The notes: generated by a model not told the origin, from the letters alone. A DNA stretch of 63,117 bases, filler included, from Asterionella formosa (GCA_002256025.1; 9 parts of 9 records of this genome joined end to end with filler, not necessarily neighbours in it), one strand, 5' to 3'; numbered from the whole stretch's first letter, positions 10,026 to 23,062 are shown. Made by a program: numbers and translations.

Positions 10026-12047
10026 TTACAGTTTACCTCCTTCACCAAAACCCATACTTACACTTGCACTGCGTGCATTTTCAGCAGCGACTGTATCACC
10101 AATGGCTTCAAGAACCATACTGTATCGCATCCACTCTTCTGGCGAGTTTGGTCGCAATGTGATGCTGCCACTGCAAATAGATCTCGCAGCGTACAGACTT
10201 TCCATGTCACCTGATTTGAGGGCGGCATGGCAGAATGCCTTTTCCGTTAGTACCCGCATATCTACCTCCCAAAAATGAAGACCATCAACTCCTTGACACA
10301 TTAGATCAACAATTTCCTTCCACTGTTCCTTCTCATTGTCTCTTATCATCCTTTCCCTCTGCTCGTTTTGAGCAAGACCCATTAACTTACCCATTTTGTG
10401 TAATGCTCTAGCAAATTCAATTGCTGTTCCCTGCAGCCCACAAAGAGAGTTAGGATCGAAAAGCAACGAAGCTATCACAGCTGAATTCGGTGGCAAAGGG
10501 GTCTCGTTGATGCTCAACAAAGTCGACCATGAGTTCTGAAGGCTTGTCCATCGAAAATCGTTGTGTTTGACTTTTTCACTCAAAGTTTGTTTAAAAAGTG
10601 TTAAGGTTGCATCAGACAAAAGCAATGGTGTCGGAGGCAGCCAGCATAAGACGTCCTCAACAGTGGCCACTCCAGTTGCAGCCACTCTAGAGTCTGTACC
10701 AACTTCCGGCGGCGTATTTTCAAATTCAAATGTTTGATTCTGATTGTCTCTGATAGGATATTCTTCTCGCAAGCCCTTTTCTTTGGAACCACCTCCAAAA
10801 AATGTTGAAAGTAACGACCCGACTGTCGTTTTGGCCTTTGCTGTAAAGTTATGCGGGGCTTGACTTTGAGGCCTTCGCCAGGGTCGCTGTTGTGCATATC
10901 CACTGTATTCCAACACATTTTCGAAATAATTATCGTAAATGCGTAGCGTCATAGTTCTCCCTCCCGATTCTTCTCGGTCCAATGCGTATCTGGCACCATA
11001 TCCAGCTAGTCGCGACTCGAAAAAGAGCAGACCACACCCTTCGTAGTTTTCCATCCCTTCGTTTCCTGCCAACATGGATATTCCTTCCGAGACTCGTCCT
11101 TCGGCATCCATGACATGAGCCAGAGCCCATGAGGCCGTACCTCCGGCCATTTTATCAGAAAAGAAGCGCATAGCTTGGGTGGTCAAATGTTCGGCTTCGG
11201 AGTGGCGTCCTCCCGCTGCTAGTCCTACACATATGAGGCCCAATCCAATGTGACTTCCCTCAATGGCCATTTTACGTTCTTGCCAATAGGCAGCTACTGA
11301 TCCAGAAATTTTGAGAGCTGCCTTGCGGTCTCCCAAAGTGGAACACAAGTCAGTGGCAAGTGCGAGCGCCAGACCGTCGCCAGGGCATTGTTGCAACAAG
11401 GTCATGAGGATATTCAGTGCCTGGTGTCGTTCATGGTTTAGGAGGCAGTCCAGCGATTGCAAATGCCGCCTTTCTCTTAATGTCAAACGTTCATCATTTT
11501 TGAATGTCACTGCCTCCTGAGCCATTGGCAGCAGTTGTATTTTCCCGTCATTGGTATGTGCCAGCAGAATGTCTATAGATTGCAGGTATCCTACATTGGC
11601 TTGCACAAGCACATGTCCAACTGCAGCCACTGCAGCCATAGGAACATGGCGGCAGCTGTGGATTTCGAGCAGAAGTTCTGCCCATACCTTTGCAGAAGAG
11701 TGAATCGATTGGAGGAGTGGTCCTTCCTGGCTCGAACCGCCCTTGCATGTTTTCCCCTTAGTACAAACAGCGAGAAGGAACCCGTTGAGTGATGCAGCTA
11801 GAGTCGGGCTCACCTCACCCAAAAAGGTGACAGGCTCATCGAAGAAGTCTCTAGTCGTTGCCGCTGCTACTTCCGAGATGTAGCGTCGCTGCCGGATGGA
11901 ACATATCGAGCTGGGCGGAACTTCGAACAGCGGGGTTGAAGGCAAAATGACTGACAATTGGCGCATCGAAGTGGGTAATCGATACCAACCGGGAGCTGCC
12001 AAACGCCGCCCTCTCGGAGAAGCGCAGAACATGGAATAGCGTCTCAT
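10026..12047 (-). CDS. TTC38-like helical-repeat protein with mitochondrial-type presequence
   Basis: 673-aa ORF with an Arg-rich acid-free N-terminus (...RRYIS). LTLRERRHL, QCPGDGLAL and WALAHVMDAEGR resemble TTC38-family motifs. The ORF is secure; the family call is moderate. Confidence 0.6.
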   Translation of the reverse strand: MRRYSMFCASPRGRRLAAPGWYRLPTSMRQLSVILPSTPLFEVPPSSICSIRQRRYISEVAAATTRDFFDEPVTFLGEVSPTLAASLNGFLLAVCTKGKTCKGGSSQEGPLLQSIHSSAKVWAELLLEIHSCRHVPMAAVAAVGHVLVQANVGYLQSIDILLAHTNDGKIQLLPMAQEAVTFKNDERLTLRERRHLQSLDCLLNHERHQALNILMTLLQQCPGDGLALALATDLCSTLGDRKAALKISGSVAAYWQERKMAIEGSHIGLGLICVGLAAGGRHSEAEHLTTQAMRFFSDKMAGGTASWALAHVMDAEGRVSEGISMLAGNEGMENYEGCGLLFFESRLAGYGARYALDREESGGRTMTLRIYDNYFENVLEYSGYAQQRPWRRPQSQAPHNFTAKAKTTVGSLLSTFFGGGSKEKGLREEYPIRDNQNQTFEFENTPPEVGTDSRVAATGVATVEDVLCWLPPTPLLLSDATLTLFKQTLSEKVKHNDFRWTSLQNSWSTLLSINETPLPPNSAVIASLLFDPNSLCGLQGTAIEFARALHKMGKLMGLAQNEQRERMIRDNEKEQWKEIVDLMCQGVDGLHFWEVDMRVLTEKAFCHAALKSGDMESLYAARSICSGSITLRPNSPEEWMRYSMVLEAIGDTVAAENARSASVSMGFGEGGKL

Positions 12048-14492
12048 ATTTTAAGCTGTTGTTGCAAAGAAGGAGAATCAGGGTGACCGGTTCATTCCGT
12101 GATAGCACTTGTTCGATTTTGTGTGATGTTGATCGCGATCAAAGCAAGAGACTGCCGATGATGAATGCTGGTACCAGGGTACCAGTACCAGTAAAAAACT
12201 GCATTGACCCACTGTTTTATCCCATTCGTTTGATTAGTTCGACTAACACTTAGCACCCCTCTCTCTGAAATCTGTTAGGAAGTATTTATGGCAAAAGGCG
12301 TCGGTACATGGCATCCTTTTCCTAGTTAAATTGAACATATGGTTCAGAAGATATTTATATACATCTACACGTAAAATACAGTCTCAGTGCGTCAATGCAG
12401 TATATGAAATTTTTTCCATACCTGAAAGTAATTTTATATTCGTTGGTGAACACGGATTATCCTTTTGGTTCAAAGCGAAAAGACATAAAATGCATGATGC
12501 TCCATGCATGATACCGGTACATTGTACAGGTACCATTCCTGGTACCTGGTAAATGGTACCAGGTACAATAGATGAACAGTATCAGTTTTGTGCACAGCAA
12601 TGGGCTCATATTTATAGGTACCAGGCACCAGGTACTCCGTACTCCGTACCACTAATAATGGTCTGCTTACATAGAAAATGGTATTACACGGCTGCACCGG
12701 GTTTCATCAATTTTTATTTACTGAATTATTATTGACAAGGTTATGGATAAGGCATAAAATGCGAGAAATTTACATACATCGTTGTACAGCTGGTTTACTC
12801 TGAGAGTGGCATTCCGTAGAATCTACCCAGTGCTGGTATATCCAGTATTCTTCTCCGCTGACCAAATATTTGAACGTATATAACAGTATACTATGTATCA
12901 TGTATATAATTTATGTACGTAAAAACTCTCCAATCAGCTTTGATACCATCGATTGACAACAACCAGAGGGATGCAAGCTGTCCATGTTATGCATTGCCTA
13001 ATGAACATGCTCTTGTCAATGCATAGGCACAGTGGCAGCATCATCTGAGCTTGTGTAACAGCACAGGAGCAGATTTGAGACTTTTGGGATAAAGGGTCAT
13101 GTTAGGTGATTCCAATACAGCTGTGGGCGCCATTTGATTGAAAGCTTGCAGCCAGCCGTTTTCCAGCCAAATGTTACCAATTGATTGATGGAAGTTGGAA
13201 TCTGAGTGTAGCCTACAAGCTACTAAAGGAGCCGAATTCATGGTATCAGCCAGGTGTGGTAATTTGCTTGGATGCAAGGAAAGAAAGAGCAACCAGCAAA
13301 TAGTAGTGCATTCATTAGTCAGAGCTTGTGCCTTCAGACTTGGCGATAAGTATGATGGCTGATGCTGATGTGACTGTCCCAAAATTCATGTTCATTCATT
13401 GAAGTAGCTGGAACTCTGCAAGTACAGGCATGCAAGTTCAAGGAAGAACTGAATTACTTGCTTGTGACGGTTGTTCTAATGATACCACAATATAATAAGT
13501 TGCTTGGTGGCGATTGAGCCTTCTTCTCGGACTTGTCAAAAGGCAGCCGTTGTTATTATAATGTGGCTGGCAGGCTGTGGATGTTGGTAGATGATTCCAT
13601 TATTTTACAGTGTACGGCACCTGCTGCCAGTCAGCCAAGAATCTTCATCACCTATTCTTCATGGGCGGAGGAGTTGGAACTCAATTACAGTCAGCCAAGA
13701 AAGCGAAATCATTTAATGCATGCTGATGATGGATAATGGTTCAAATGATTCCATGCCACAGCGGAATCAATTTACATTACTATTTGGAGCTTGAGGCTTC
13801 TAAAGAGGACAACAAGTGGAAAGATTTTGATGAGTCTGTGAATGCCGTTATTACATTTAAGTTTTTCAGCAGTGTGTGGCACCTTCCACCTATCATTGAA
13901 GAATTTGGAATGTGAGTGCAATCAGATTGCTGAAGGCGATGAATTCATGTTGGAAGGCATTGCTTCTGAAAGTAAAACAGCATCACTATTTATTGCTAAT
14001 CAATCTTGAGACCACTTCAGACATGGAGGAGTGAAAATGATCAAGCTGTGTATCATACCTGCATAGTATATGTGGCCGCAGTAGTGTTGCAGCCAGGCTT
14101 CATCATCCTTGAAGCTAAAACTCAAGTGCCATCTGCAAAATGACTACCTAATGGCAAGAGGCAGGATTCTCATGACAGCAAAGATCCCCTGTATTTTAGT
14201 TGGAGCTTGCACCATCGACTTTTCAACAGGAAAATGCTTCAGCAGCACTGTTCTGCACTGGCTGAAGCCTTTGCCGCCTGATTGGACTGTACCATCTGGA
14301 ATGTTGCTTGCAACAGGATTTAAGTTCATTGAAGCAAACCAAAGAAGTTGCCAGAGTCTGTTGTCATTGTAATAGGTAGAAAAGGTGTGAGAAATGTTGC
14401 ACTTAAATTACAAGCAGACTCAGACTTTGTTCTGTTAGCTATTCTCCTATGATATGAGATAATAGATTTCTTGATCTCAATTTTTTCACATT

Positions 14493-17130
14493 TCAGGATT
14501 TCATGCTCCCAAGAATCTTGACAAAGCCACCAGCAAAATCCAATGCATTGCGATGTGAGTTGTATCTGGTCTTCATTTCATGAATCTTCACAAGGTCAGC
14601 AGGGTCGTTATTAAGTATTATTTCTTGAATGGAAACAGGATTTCCTTCTTCATCTTGCACTCTTTGAGCATTAATGATCATATACCCCATGATAAATGAG
14701 CGTGCCTTCCTTGCTGCTGCCCTCATTCTCCCAATAGTCATGAAGTCACGAGAGTGTGATGCTTCCACTGCTATTTCGAACTTCTTCCCTCCTTTGTCAC
14801 ATAGCGGCTTGGACCTATAGTTACTCTTTTTCATGTCCCAAATGTATTCAATGCCCTCTCCTGTCAGCTCTGGGTGGCACTTTGGAGTTAAGACGACTTT
14901 CAACCCAATCTGGGCACCTACCCACTCAAGCATAGTATTTTCTTCCTTGAAATCTCGACAATTTCCTAACAGTTTCCTGAGACTATTAAAATCTTTGTAC
15001 TCTCCTGTCTCACGATCCTTCAAGGCATTGACATTAAAGGCACTGAAGTGAGCTTGAGTTGATCCTTGTATTTTTCCTCTCTCCCATACAATTTGAGCTA
15101 TTTCCTTTGCCTTGCCTGCCCATCCAGGACTCACTAGATTGAATTGGCGTGTTGTTTCAATTCCACACAACCTGCAGAGTGCCATTAAGAATGCCGGATT
15201 CCTATCATTAAATCAAGAAGGTAGTAATTCAGAGCAAACTTGCTCACGGAGTGCTTCCACTACCTCATTTTTGTTGAGACGCTGTGTCTTCCATTCATCA
15301 AGTTCAATATCATACATATGCCTTAATTTTTCTTCATCAGTTCCATACCACCATGGCCCTATGCTTGCTGAATCTGGGGTTTCCGGGAATTGAAATTGCG
15401 GTATATCCCCTGGTTTTAAAGTCTGAGTCCCATTATCGAATTCTCTAATATCACATGCAGACAAAATTGAGCAATGTATGATAGGTTGAGTGCCCCCGAA
15501 TCCCTTGTTCAAGACACTTTCATTCAAACCATCAACTCTCTTCTGACAATGTCCTAAGCTGTGATCAAACAAGCAAAGGTTGTCAAATTGTGGGAACATA
15601 ACTCTTGTGCAGTCCATCATGTCTTCAGTCTGGATCAACTCATGATTCCCTGTCCAATAACCTTCATGATTGACCACTGGCTTTAAAGTCCTGTTATTTT
15701 AAAGCAGTGATGTTATTCATAGAGTATTTTTAGGCGAGGCAAAACCAATGTCAGAACATACCTGACAAATCCTTGGTCCCACATTCTAAGCTCATTTTTA
15801 GTGGCCTTTCCATACACCTTGTTGGCAGCATCAACAGAAATATAGCTTTCACCTCTACTACTATTATTAATTTCCACAAGTTGATCAGCTGTTGGCCTTG
15901 GATTCCACTCATGAGACTGCCGGGATGTAAAACCTGAGAAGTGATAGCTCATTCCAAGATTCTTAGGACACATCACCTTCTGTCCACCTGAACCACCCCA
16001 ACAGAAAGGGTTACGGGATTTTTCATGGTTTACGGCCTCATCTTGACCAATAATCATGATTGGTTTTCTACCCCCAATTCTCTTACTGAGTAATCCACCA
16101 AATTGTGAACCAAATTCAGTCATTTGTATCATACCTGGGAACGTTTCCGCATCGTCAATGTGAAATTCACACATTTCTGTATCATGAGGATCCAAATATT
16201 CATATCCAAAATAGCCTTTTGATAACTCAGAGTTTTGACGCATCTCTATTGCCATCACCTTAGGGACTTGGATCCAAACTGGGGCCCTAATTTCAATATT
16301 GACAAGGTACTCATAGCAAAACCAAGCTCTATATTCTACCACATCCTTACGCTCATGCTCATCAACATAAAAGCCTTTCTGGTGTCTTGAATAACTGGAA
16401 CAATACAAAAAAAATTAGCAAATCACATGGAAGAAAGAGAATGATTTTATTTGTAAGACAAAATGTTGTATTTTAATGATGCAACATAGTAGACATGGCT
16501 GGCAATATATACATACCTGAATCCAAGATGTTGCAGCCAGTTTGAGGCAGTTGCCAGACAGAGAGTCTTTAAGCCACATTCATCAAGAATAGTTTGATCA
16601 ACACAAACAGAATCATACTCCACTCCCTTAGCAACCAGTGTATTTTGTCCTTTATTTCGTTCATCAACCAGCCTTGGAATAATCTTATCAACAATATATG
16701 CCTGGAAGCTACCACATGAGAGAGTTGCAAGATTTATATTCCAGTATTCCTTGATTTCATTCTCCAAACCAGGGTTGTTAGCAAAGAATTGAATGCCATC
16801 AAACCATGATAGGTTGGAAAATGGATTAGAAAATTTACGGTTGGATCGGAAGTCAACAAACCAATCTTGAATTGTTCTTCAACCACTAGCATCATCCTTT
16901 GACACAAGCTGCTTCCCAGCTGCATTTACCAACTGGATTGCATGCTTACACTATTTACCCCACTCCCATTGCTCACATTCGCCATTTATTTTCAAGACAA
17001 GTGAAAGAGCGCAAGATATATACAATGCTCGGTCTTGTAGATGGGAAATAAATCGATTGAATGACCCTGATGCATACATTGAATCCTTGATGCGGTTTCC
17101 CCTCCTGTTACTACCATTTCCTTGATGTTA
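14493..17130 (-). pseudogene. Intron-containing DDE transposase pseudogene (IS630/Tc1/mariner-related, DDE_3-type C-terminus)
   Basis: Motifs in order: RTIQDWFVDFR, WLQHLGFSY..QKGFYVDEHERKDVVEYR, IIGQDEAV, NHEGYWTGNH, LFDHSLGH, LTPKCHPELTGEGIEYIW. Two GT-AG introns (16395-16516, 15691-15761) restore the motifs. There is an in-frame TGA at 15213-15215 and frameshifts upstream. Confidence 0.8.
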
Positions 17131-18468
17131 CCTGCTGACATGATGAACCTTGGAATTCTCCAGCAAATCCATCATTGCCCAGCCATTATTGGCAGCTTTC
17201 AACAGAATCTTTTGCATTGCCACTGCTGCATCAAGTGTAGACTCCTCTACATCAATCAGCGGAAAGAGTTTTTCGGCCTCTGTTGAATACCAGCAGTTGA
17301 TTTCCATAAAATGGGCTTCATCGACAAAGCCTCTGACACTTAAAAAGTCATTACTAACTGTCTTGCAGCAGACAAGATGTCGTTTCCATGGAATGATGGC
17401 GGAACGCTCATAGTAATTTACACAAATATATCGGTTTTCCTCCTCAGCAACCTTTTTGCTATCATCATCTGACTGTACCAATCATGCTGGGAGAGCTGAG
17501 CAAACCGCCACTACAGCATGATAACTATGATGCTCATCTGAGGATTCCACTTCTTTGATACAGCCGGAGTCATCAACCATATCTCCAAGCCACCCACGTA
17601 CAAAACGGAATTCAGAACCAGAAAAATGAAATATGCGTCGTTGCTCAAGCGAACAAACTTGATTTGCCACACGTAGCAACCCACTCATTCGGAACCATGT
17701 ATTTTGACAATGAATATTTCTTGCTAGTATCAAATGCAAGAATGTATTTTTCAGTTTACTGAGTCGAAGGCACTGCGAAGATGTCATGAAGTGCTCCAAT
17801 GGTAGCAGGCCTATGGGATGGTTGTAATGCCTGGAATGCCATGGTTCAACAACCTTAACATTGGCGGAGAAATCAAAGTAGAGGAATAGCTTTCGCAACC
17901 ATTTTTTGGTATTGTTGACGTTGATGGAAATCTTGGCGTTTACCGTGAAGGCACATGCTGTGGGTTGGTGCACACAATGCTGCCCAAATTCTCAAACTTT
18001 TGTGATATTGCACTTAACTGGAGGCCTAGAAAGAATGTTGAGCAAGGTTTCTGGCTTGATTTTGTCCCCATCAACTTGTGACTGCAGGAAGTCATTCAGT
18101 TTATTCAAAGCTCCAAGCGAATTAATCAGATTGGTAGCTGTATCAATGGAAATCCATTTTTTCTGCCAGTTTCCAGGTCCATCGAGTTTCATGATGGAAC
18201 ACAACTGCTGGAATTGAAACTGGTCCGAAAAACTCTGTTTATGTACACCAGGCAAACATTTTTTCATTTCAAAGCAAGGTCTAAGAACTACGGAGGGCTC
18301 AAAATGATTAGACCGGTTGATGATGGCATTGTTGTCATTGTCTTCATTGGCTGTGACTTCCAACTTCTTTGTAGATGTTCCTACTCTTCTAGTTAGATAC
18401 TTCACTTTGAATTTTTTTAAATTCAAAAGAATCCAATTAGAACGAAACAAACATGGCAATGTATTCAA
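17128..18468 (-). pseudogene. Broken ORF segments upstream of the DDE transposase, probably the same element
   Basis: Three consecutive minus-strand ORF fragments (17128-17481, 17482-17973, 17992-18468) are collinear with the transposase. No domain recognised. Confidence 0.4.
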
Positions 18469-18501
18469 GGGTTCCTGTCATTCCTTTGATCAAAGATTAC
18501 A

Positions 18502-19560
18502 ATGTATTTATTGAATTTCAAGACTAAGACATTCAGAGTTGCTTTAACCGGTAAAAGGTTTGAATTGTTTGATCAAGATATGATTGATGGAAGCTCTGTG
18601 GAAGCATTGTTGATTGAAGTGAATCAATTTCGTGATATGGCTAGCACATGTGCCTTTAGCCCTGCAGATACCTTTTACTACTTTGAAAGGTGCTTGACCG
18701 TCATTGCCTTATCGGATTGGTTGAATGAGGCAGTACACCCAGACAATCAATCCTACTACTGATAGTTTTGATGAAGCGATGGTTTTATGGTTAGATGATT
18801 GTTTACCAAACGAAAGTTTTCAACATCAACGCCAATGGATGCTAGCTACACTACTTATCTAAAACTTTTTCTATGTTGGTAATGGATTTCGGAGCTCGCA
18901 TTAAAACTTGAACAGGCTACTTCAACTAATGCCTCATCCAGAAGATCAAAACGTATTGTCAAAAGAAGGTATGCGGATTATCATCATCTGCTCTATGCCT
19001 GATGAGTGGCATCAAGGGTTTGAAATGAATCATGCGAAAACTTCAGACCAATCAATTCGCTCAGTTCTCGCTTACTTCGAGAGTCAACAGTCGTTTAAAG
19101 ATCGAAACAAGCACCTTTCCAAGAACAGTTTTCAAACAATCACGCAACATTGTCTTCGTATCGCTGGAGGCAATCGTGTGATGCGTCAAGAAAACGAGCA
19201 TGTCAGGCGTCAATTATACAACGATAATTTTATTCCAAGTGGTTGTGGAAGAGCGCGTGCTATTGTTGACGCAGCCGGTCGCAAACGGGATCGTCAGGCA
19301 GCTGTTCGTCATCAAGCTCTACAAGCCAGTCGTACGTACCATGATTATCGTGGCCCTTGCCCAGTTCATCCTGAAGGTACCCATACTTGGGGCAATTGTT
19401 TTCAGAATCCTCATGCTCAAGGTGGTTGAGCAGGTTGCATGGCTGATCATAATAATGGACGTGAAGGAGGAAATTTTGGTGGTCATGGAGTTGGCTCACA
19501 TAGCAATCCTACGGAAAGCTACCATACTGACACATCGAAGACAGGAGAATACACAGTTTC
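18502..19560 (+). mobile_element. Degenerate LTR-retrotransposon gag-like region
   Basis: Broken ORFs with LNRLLQLMP...SMPDEWHQGF and the knuckle-like CPVHPEGTHTWGNCFQNP followed by a Gly/Asn-rich tail, typical of diatom retrotransposon Gag-like proteins. Confidence 0.55.
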
Positions 19561-19599
19561 ACCAGTGCACAGATCCGCTCACACATTAAAGGTTATCAT

Positions 19600-20720
19600 T
19601 ACAAAACATATTTCAGGAAAAAACACAAGATAGAATATATGGCAGAATCATACATTGACTGGCATAGTCTGAAATCAGCTGTCAAGAAACAAACAACAGG
19701 GTTGAAAACAATGATAACAAAGCACAAACATGGCTGGTTACCCACAGGTACCCGAAGTAAACTTATTCACAATGGGGAGGACTCCTGCCCACAATGCAAG
19801 TGCCAAGAAACCAATGAACACATCATCACATGCAGAAGTCCCAAAGCACGGTATACTATGGGAATCAGGCTGTCAGTAATGGCAAATGCTATCCAGAAAA
19901 GACGATCAGGCACAAAAGTGACACCAGTATGGTTAGATTATATCAGACCTTTTATGTCACCGAATGAAAAGCCTTTCACACGCCACTTTGTACCGCGTAC
20001 TTCGGGGGGAAAAAGATCATCTATCAATCGCTTAAACATCATGGAGCATTGTGCAAAGAACTGACTCTTCGGGGGTATTTGGTTAAGTGTTGGAACAAGG
20101 CAGCAAAGAGTTCCAACATCGAAGACAACATGGCACCATGAAAATTACATGAATTGAGGGTACCATCAACTATTACAAATCTATGGATGGTTGTCCACAG
20201 ATCATGGACAGACAGAAACGAAATTCTCCATCACAACGTCACCCTCAAAATAGTACAATTACACAATACTACCAGCATAAAGAAGAAATATTCAGATGGG
20301 ATTCCCATCTCTTCTCAATCGCACTACAGGATCTGCTTGACTCCCAACTGAACCAAAAAACTAGGTTTCTGGAAAGATCAAAATATATATTTCATGCATC
20401 CAAACAGCAGTCACAAAAGTGACAGGAATCTATATACACGTTTTTCTCAAGGAATACAGTACAGGAGACAGGAACTCCGACACCAGCAATCCGTCAAAAC
20501 TCTCGTGTGTGGCCTTCAAGAACCCACTACAAACAATCCACACTACAAATCGAAAAGGACCCAAGATCGTAGCTACCGAAAGTGTTTTTTACCAATACTT
20601 CTACTCGAGGGAGTGATCACCAACACATCTTCCACCGCCCCACCTCACTATGGGCCGTGAAGCGCAATAACGCCAAATCTAGAAATAGGATAGGATAACG
20701 GCGCTATAAAATGAATGAAA
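19600..20720 (+). mobile_element. 3' remnant of a non-LTR retrotransposon ORF2 (zf-RVT region)
   Basis: YIDWHSL...KHKHGWLPTG...CPQCKCQETNEHIITC (CCHC zinc finger) and LWMVVHRSWTDRNEILH (W..RN motif), with several stops and frameshifts. Confidence 0.7.
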
Positions 20721-21096
20721 TATAACTAATATACTTTATGATTGATTAATTGATCTTTCTTCTATGATGTATTGATAACACTTGTGTACATATTTTATCG
20801 TATTTTATTATCATTGTGATATTTTAACATGATCATATTTTGATTAGATTATATCATAAACATTTTATTAATTCATCATTGTTTTATGATCAATGAATCA
20901 TAGTTGTGTGATAGACATTATTCAATATTAGGTATCATATTTTGGTGATGTATATATCAAAATAACCCTATCGTAATATCACATTATCATCTTATCAAAC
21001 ATTAAATTTTGATTGCGACCTGTATACTGCATTGTACTACAGAGTGTATGATATTATAACACGCACATTAGTAGCTAAGGAACTGCTGTAATGTAT

Positions 21097-21942
21097 ACAA
21101 GTTGACAGTGTACGTACGCACACATTAAGCAGGTTTGAGGCCATGCACAGTTCTAACGAGCCAATGACAATACAGGTACCAATTTTTCCAGCGGCAAACC
21201 ACAATGATGAAGGACATTCGTCCCTCTATTGATGATGATCTGGATACCGGGTTTTTCATGAGGAAACAACAAGGATGAGAGCCACTTGTCCCTCTATTGA
21301 TGGTAACAAAGATGCAGACAAGCTCCACAGTGAATACAAGAACAACATACCAATAAAAACAAGTTGACAGTGTGCGTACGCACACGCTATGCAGTTTTGA
21401 GGCAACGGACAGTTCCAACAAGCAAATGACAATACGGATATCAAACTTTTCCTGTGGCAAACCACAATTATATTGATGAAGGATATTCGTCCCTCTATTG
21501 TTGATGATATGGATACCGGGCGAGTTTTCCATGAGCAAACAACAATGATGAGAGTCGCTTGTCGCTCTATTGATGGTAACAAAGATGCGGACAAGTTCAA
21601 CACCAGTGAATACTACAAGAACAGCATCCCAAATGCGGAAACAAGCGATATGAAAAAGAAATTGTAATCAGAATCATTCTATAACTATAACTATGTATGT
21701 GGATAGCAGTCTGTTACATTTTCGTATCTCCTTCTATGCTGAATCACAATGTAGATGTAGCATCATGTGAGAATTGAAAATGTCAACGAGAACATGTAGA
21801 ATGTCTTTGTTTACAAGTTGATTTCGGCAAGATTGTAATGCTGGTGGTTGACAAAACGGATTTACTATGTGCGCTGTGTGCGGAACCATTCTGAGTTGCT
21901 TTGTATGATTTCTCCTCTGTAAACTCTTAATTGAATGATTAT
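21097..21942 (+). repeat. Dispersed repeat with an internal ~262-bp tandem duplication; homologous to 54878-55374
   Basis: A unit beginning ACAAGTTGACAGTGT occurs at about 21097 and 21359. Sequence from about 21370 to TAAACTCTTAATTGAATGATTATG (about 21942) aligns by eye with 54878-55374. Confidence 0.85.
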
Positions 21943-22356
21943 GAACATAGGTTCACTGCACATGATGATTACTCAAAGATATAATGATCACTTGACCAAA
22001 AATTGAAGACGTTTTTGCAAACAATCTTTCCACTCGTCATTGCCAGTATTTTGTAGTTGTTGCAAAAATCGGAAGTGATGACGGCGGATGATGATGATGA
22101 GCCAAAGTATATTACTTTAGCTGGTACATTATCCTACCAGGAAATTCAAATAAAGGAACATAATAGAAACAATACATACAATAATTAAACTCACATAGTC
22201 AAAAGGGCTACTATTAAAAACAAGAGGGCATTTATCAAAATCATTAGATGATATAACGAAAAATTATGATCAGATGGTCATAATTCTATGATGTACCATA
22301 GAAATTTGATGGTTTTTATTTGCAGAGGCCTACATCTGGCTGTGAGGGTGTGTTAA

Positions 22357-22601
22357 AAAAATTCTATGACATTTTTAAGTACATTAAAGCTATCCAATAA
22401 TTGCACTCGGGCCCACCAAGTAGATGGACACAATTAGTACCGGTCTTATTTGTCTGTACGGTACAATGGGACCTGTATTTTTGTCAGCTGCTGCACACCC
22501 TGGAACCCTAGTAGGGACTACATGAAAAGATAGGTGGAGAATGCAGGAATCGAACCCGCCACCACAGGGGGTGTGCTAACCACTAAGCCATTCTCCTGGT
22601 G
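22357..22601 (-). mobile_element. tRNA-derived SINE, copy 2
   Basis: Perfect 15-bp TSD GTGAGGGTGTGTTAA (22342-22356 and 22602-22616). The tRNA-like head at 22596-22535 has acceptor stem GGAGAAT/ATTCTCC, A and B boxes, and T arm GCGGG-TTCGATT-CCTGC. Confidence 0.85.
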
Positions 22602-22995
22602 GTGAGGGTGTGTTAATATCTGCATATGCCGTACATCACATGCGCTGTATGGACTGTATCAGCATAGCCACCGCCAGATTAGGTACATGCTTGTATAGCA
22701 ACAGCAATGCAGGCAGCCATGACAGAAATAAATAATCATATTATTGTAGCTCACCTTTGTTGATGTCGAGATTATCCTCAATGCCAGAGTTGTTGGTACT
22801 GGTTGGATGGAAGAAGCCAGGGGAGTTGCCATAATGTAAGATGAAGCAAGGGAAAGTGGCACAGCAGTAGTGGCGCAAAAAAGTGGGCGCTTATAGACAA
22901 GGGCGCTCAATGGTGGCGCTTATTTGCACTGAGAAGCTTGACATAGGACAATGGTGATCAGGATGGGGACTATGCTGTCAAGGGAGACAAGGGGA

Positions 22996-23062
22996 GGAGG
23001 AAGGAGGAAGGAGGAAGGAGGAAGGAGGAAGGAGGAAGGAGGAAGGAGGAAGGAGGAAGGAG
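22996..23062 (+). repeat. Polypurine tandem repeat (GGAGGAA)x~9.5
   Basis: Read directly from the sequence. Confidence 0.95.
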
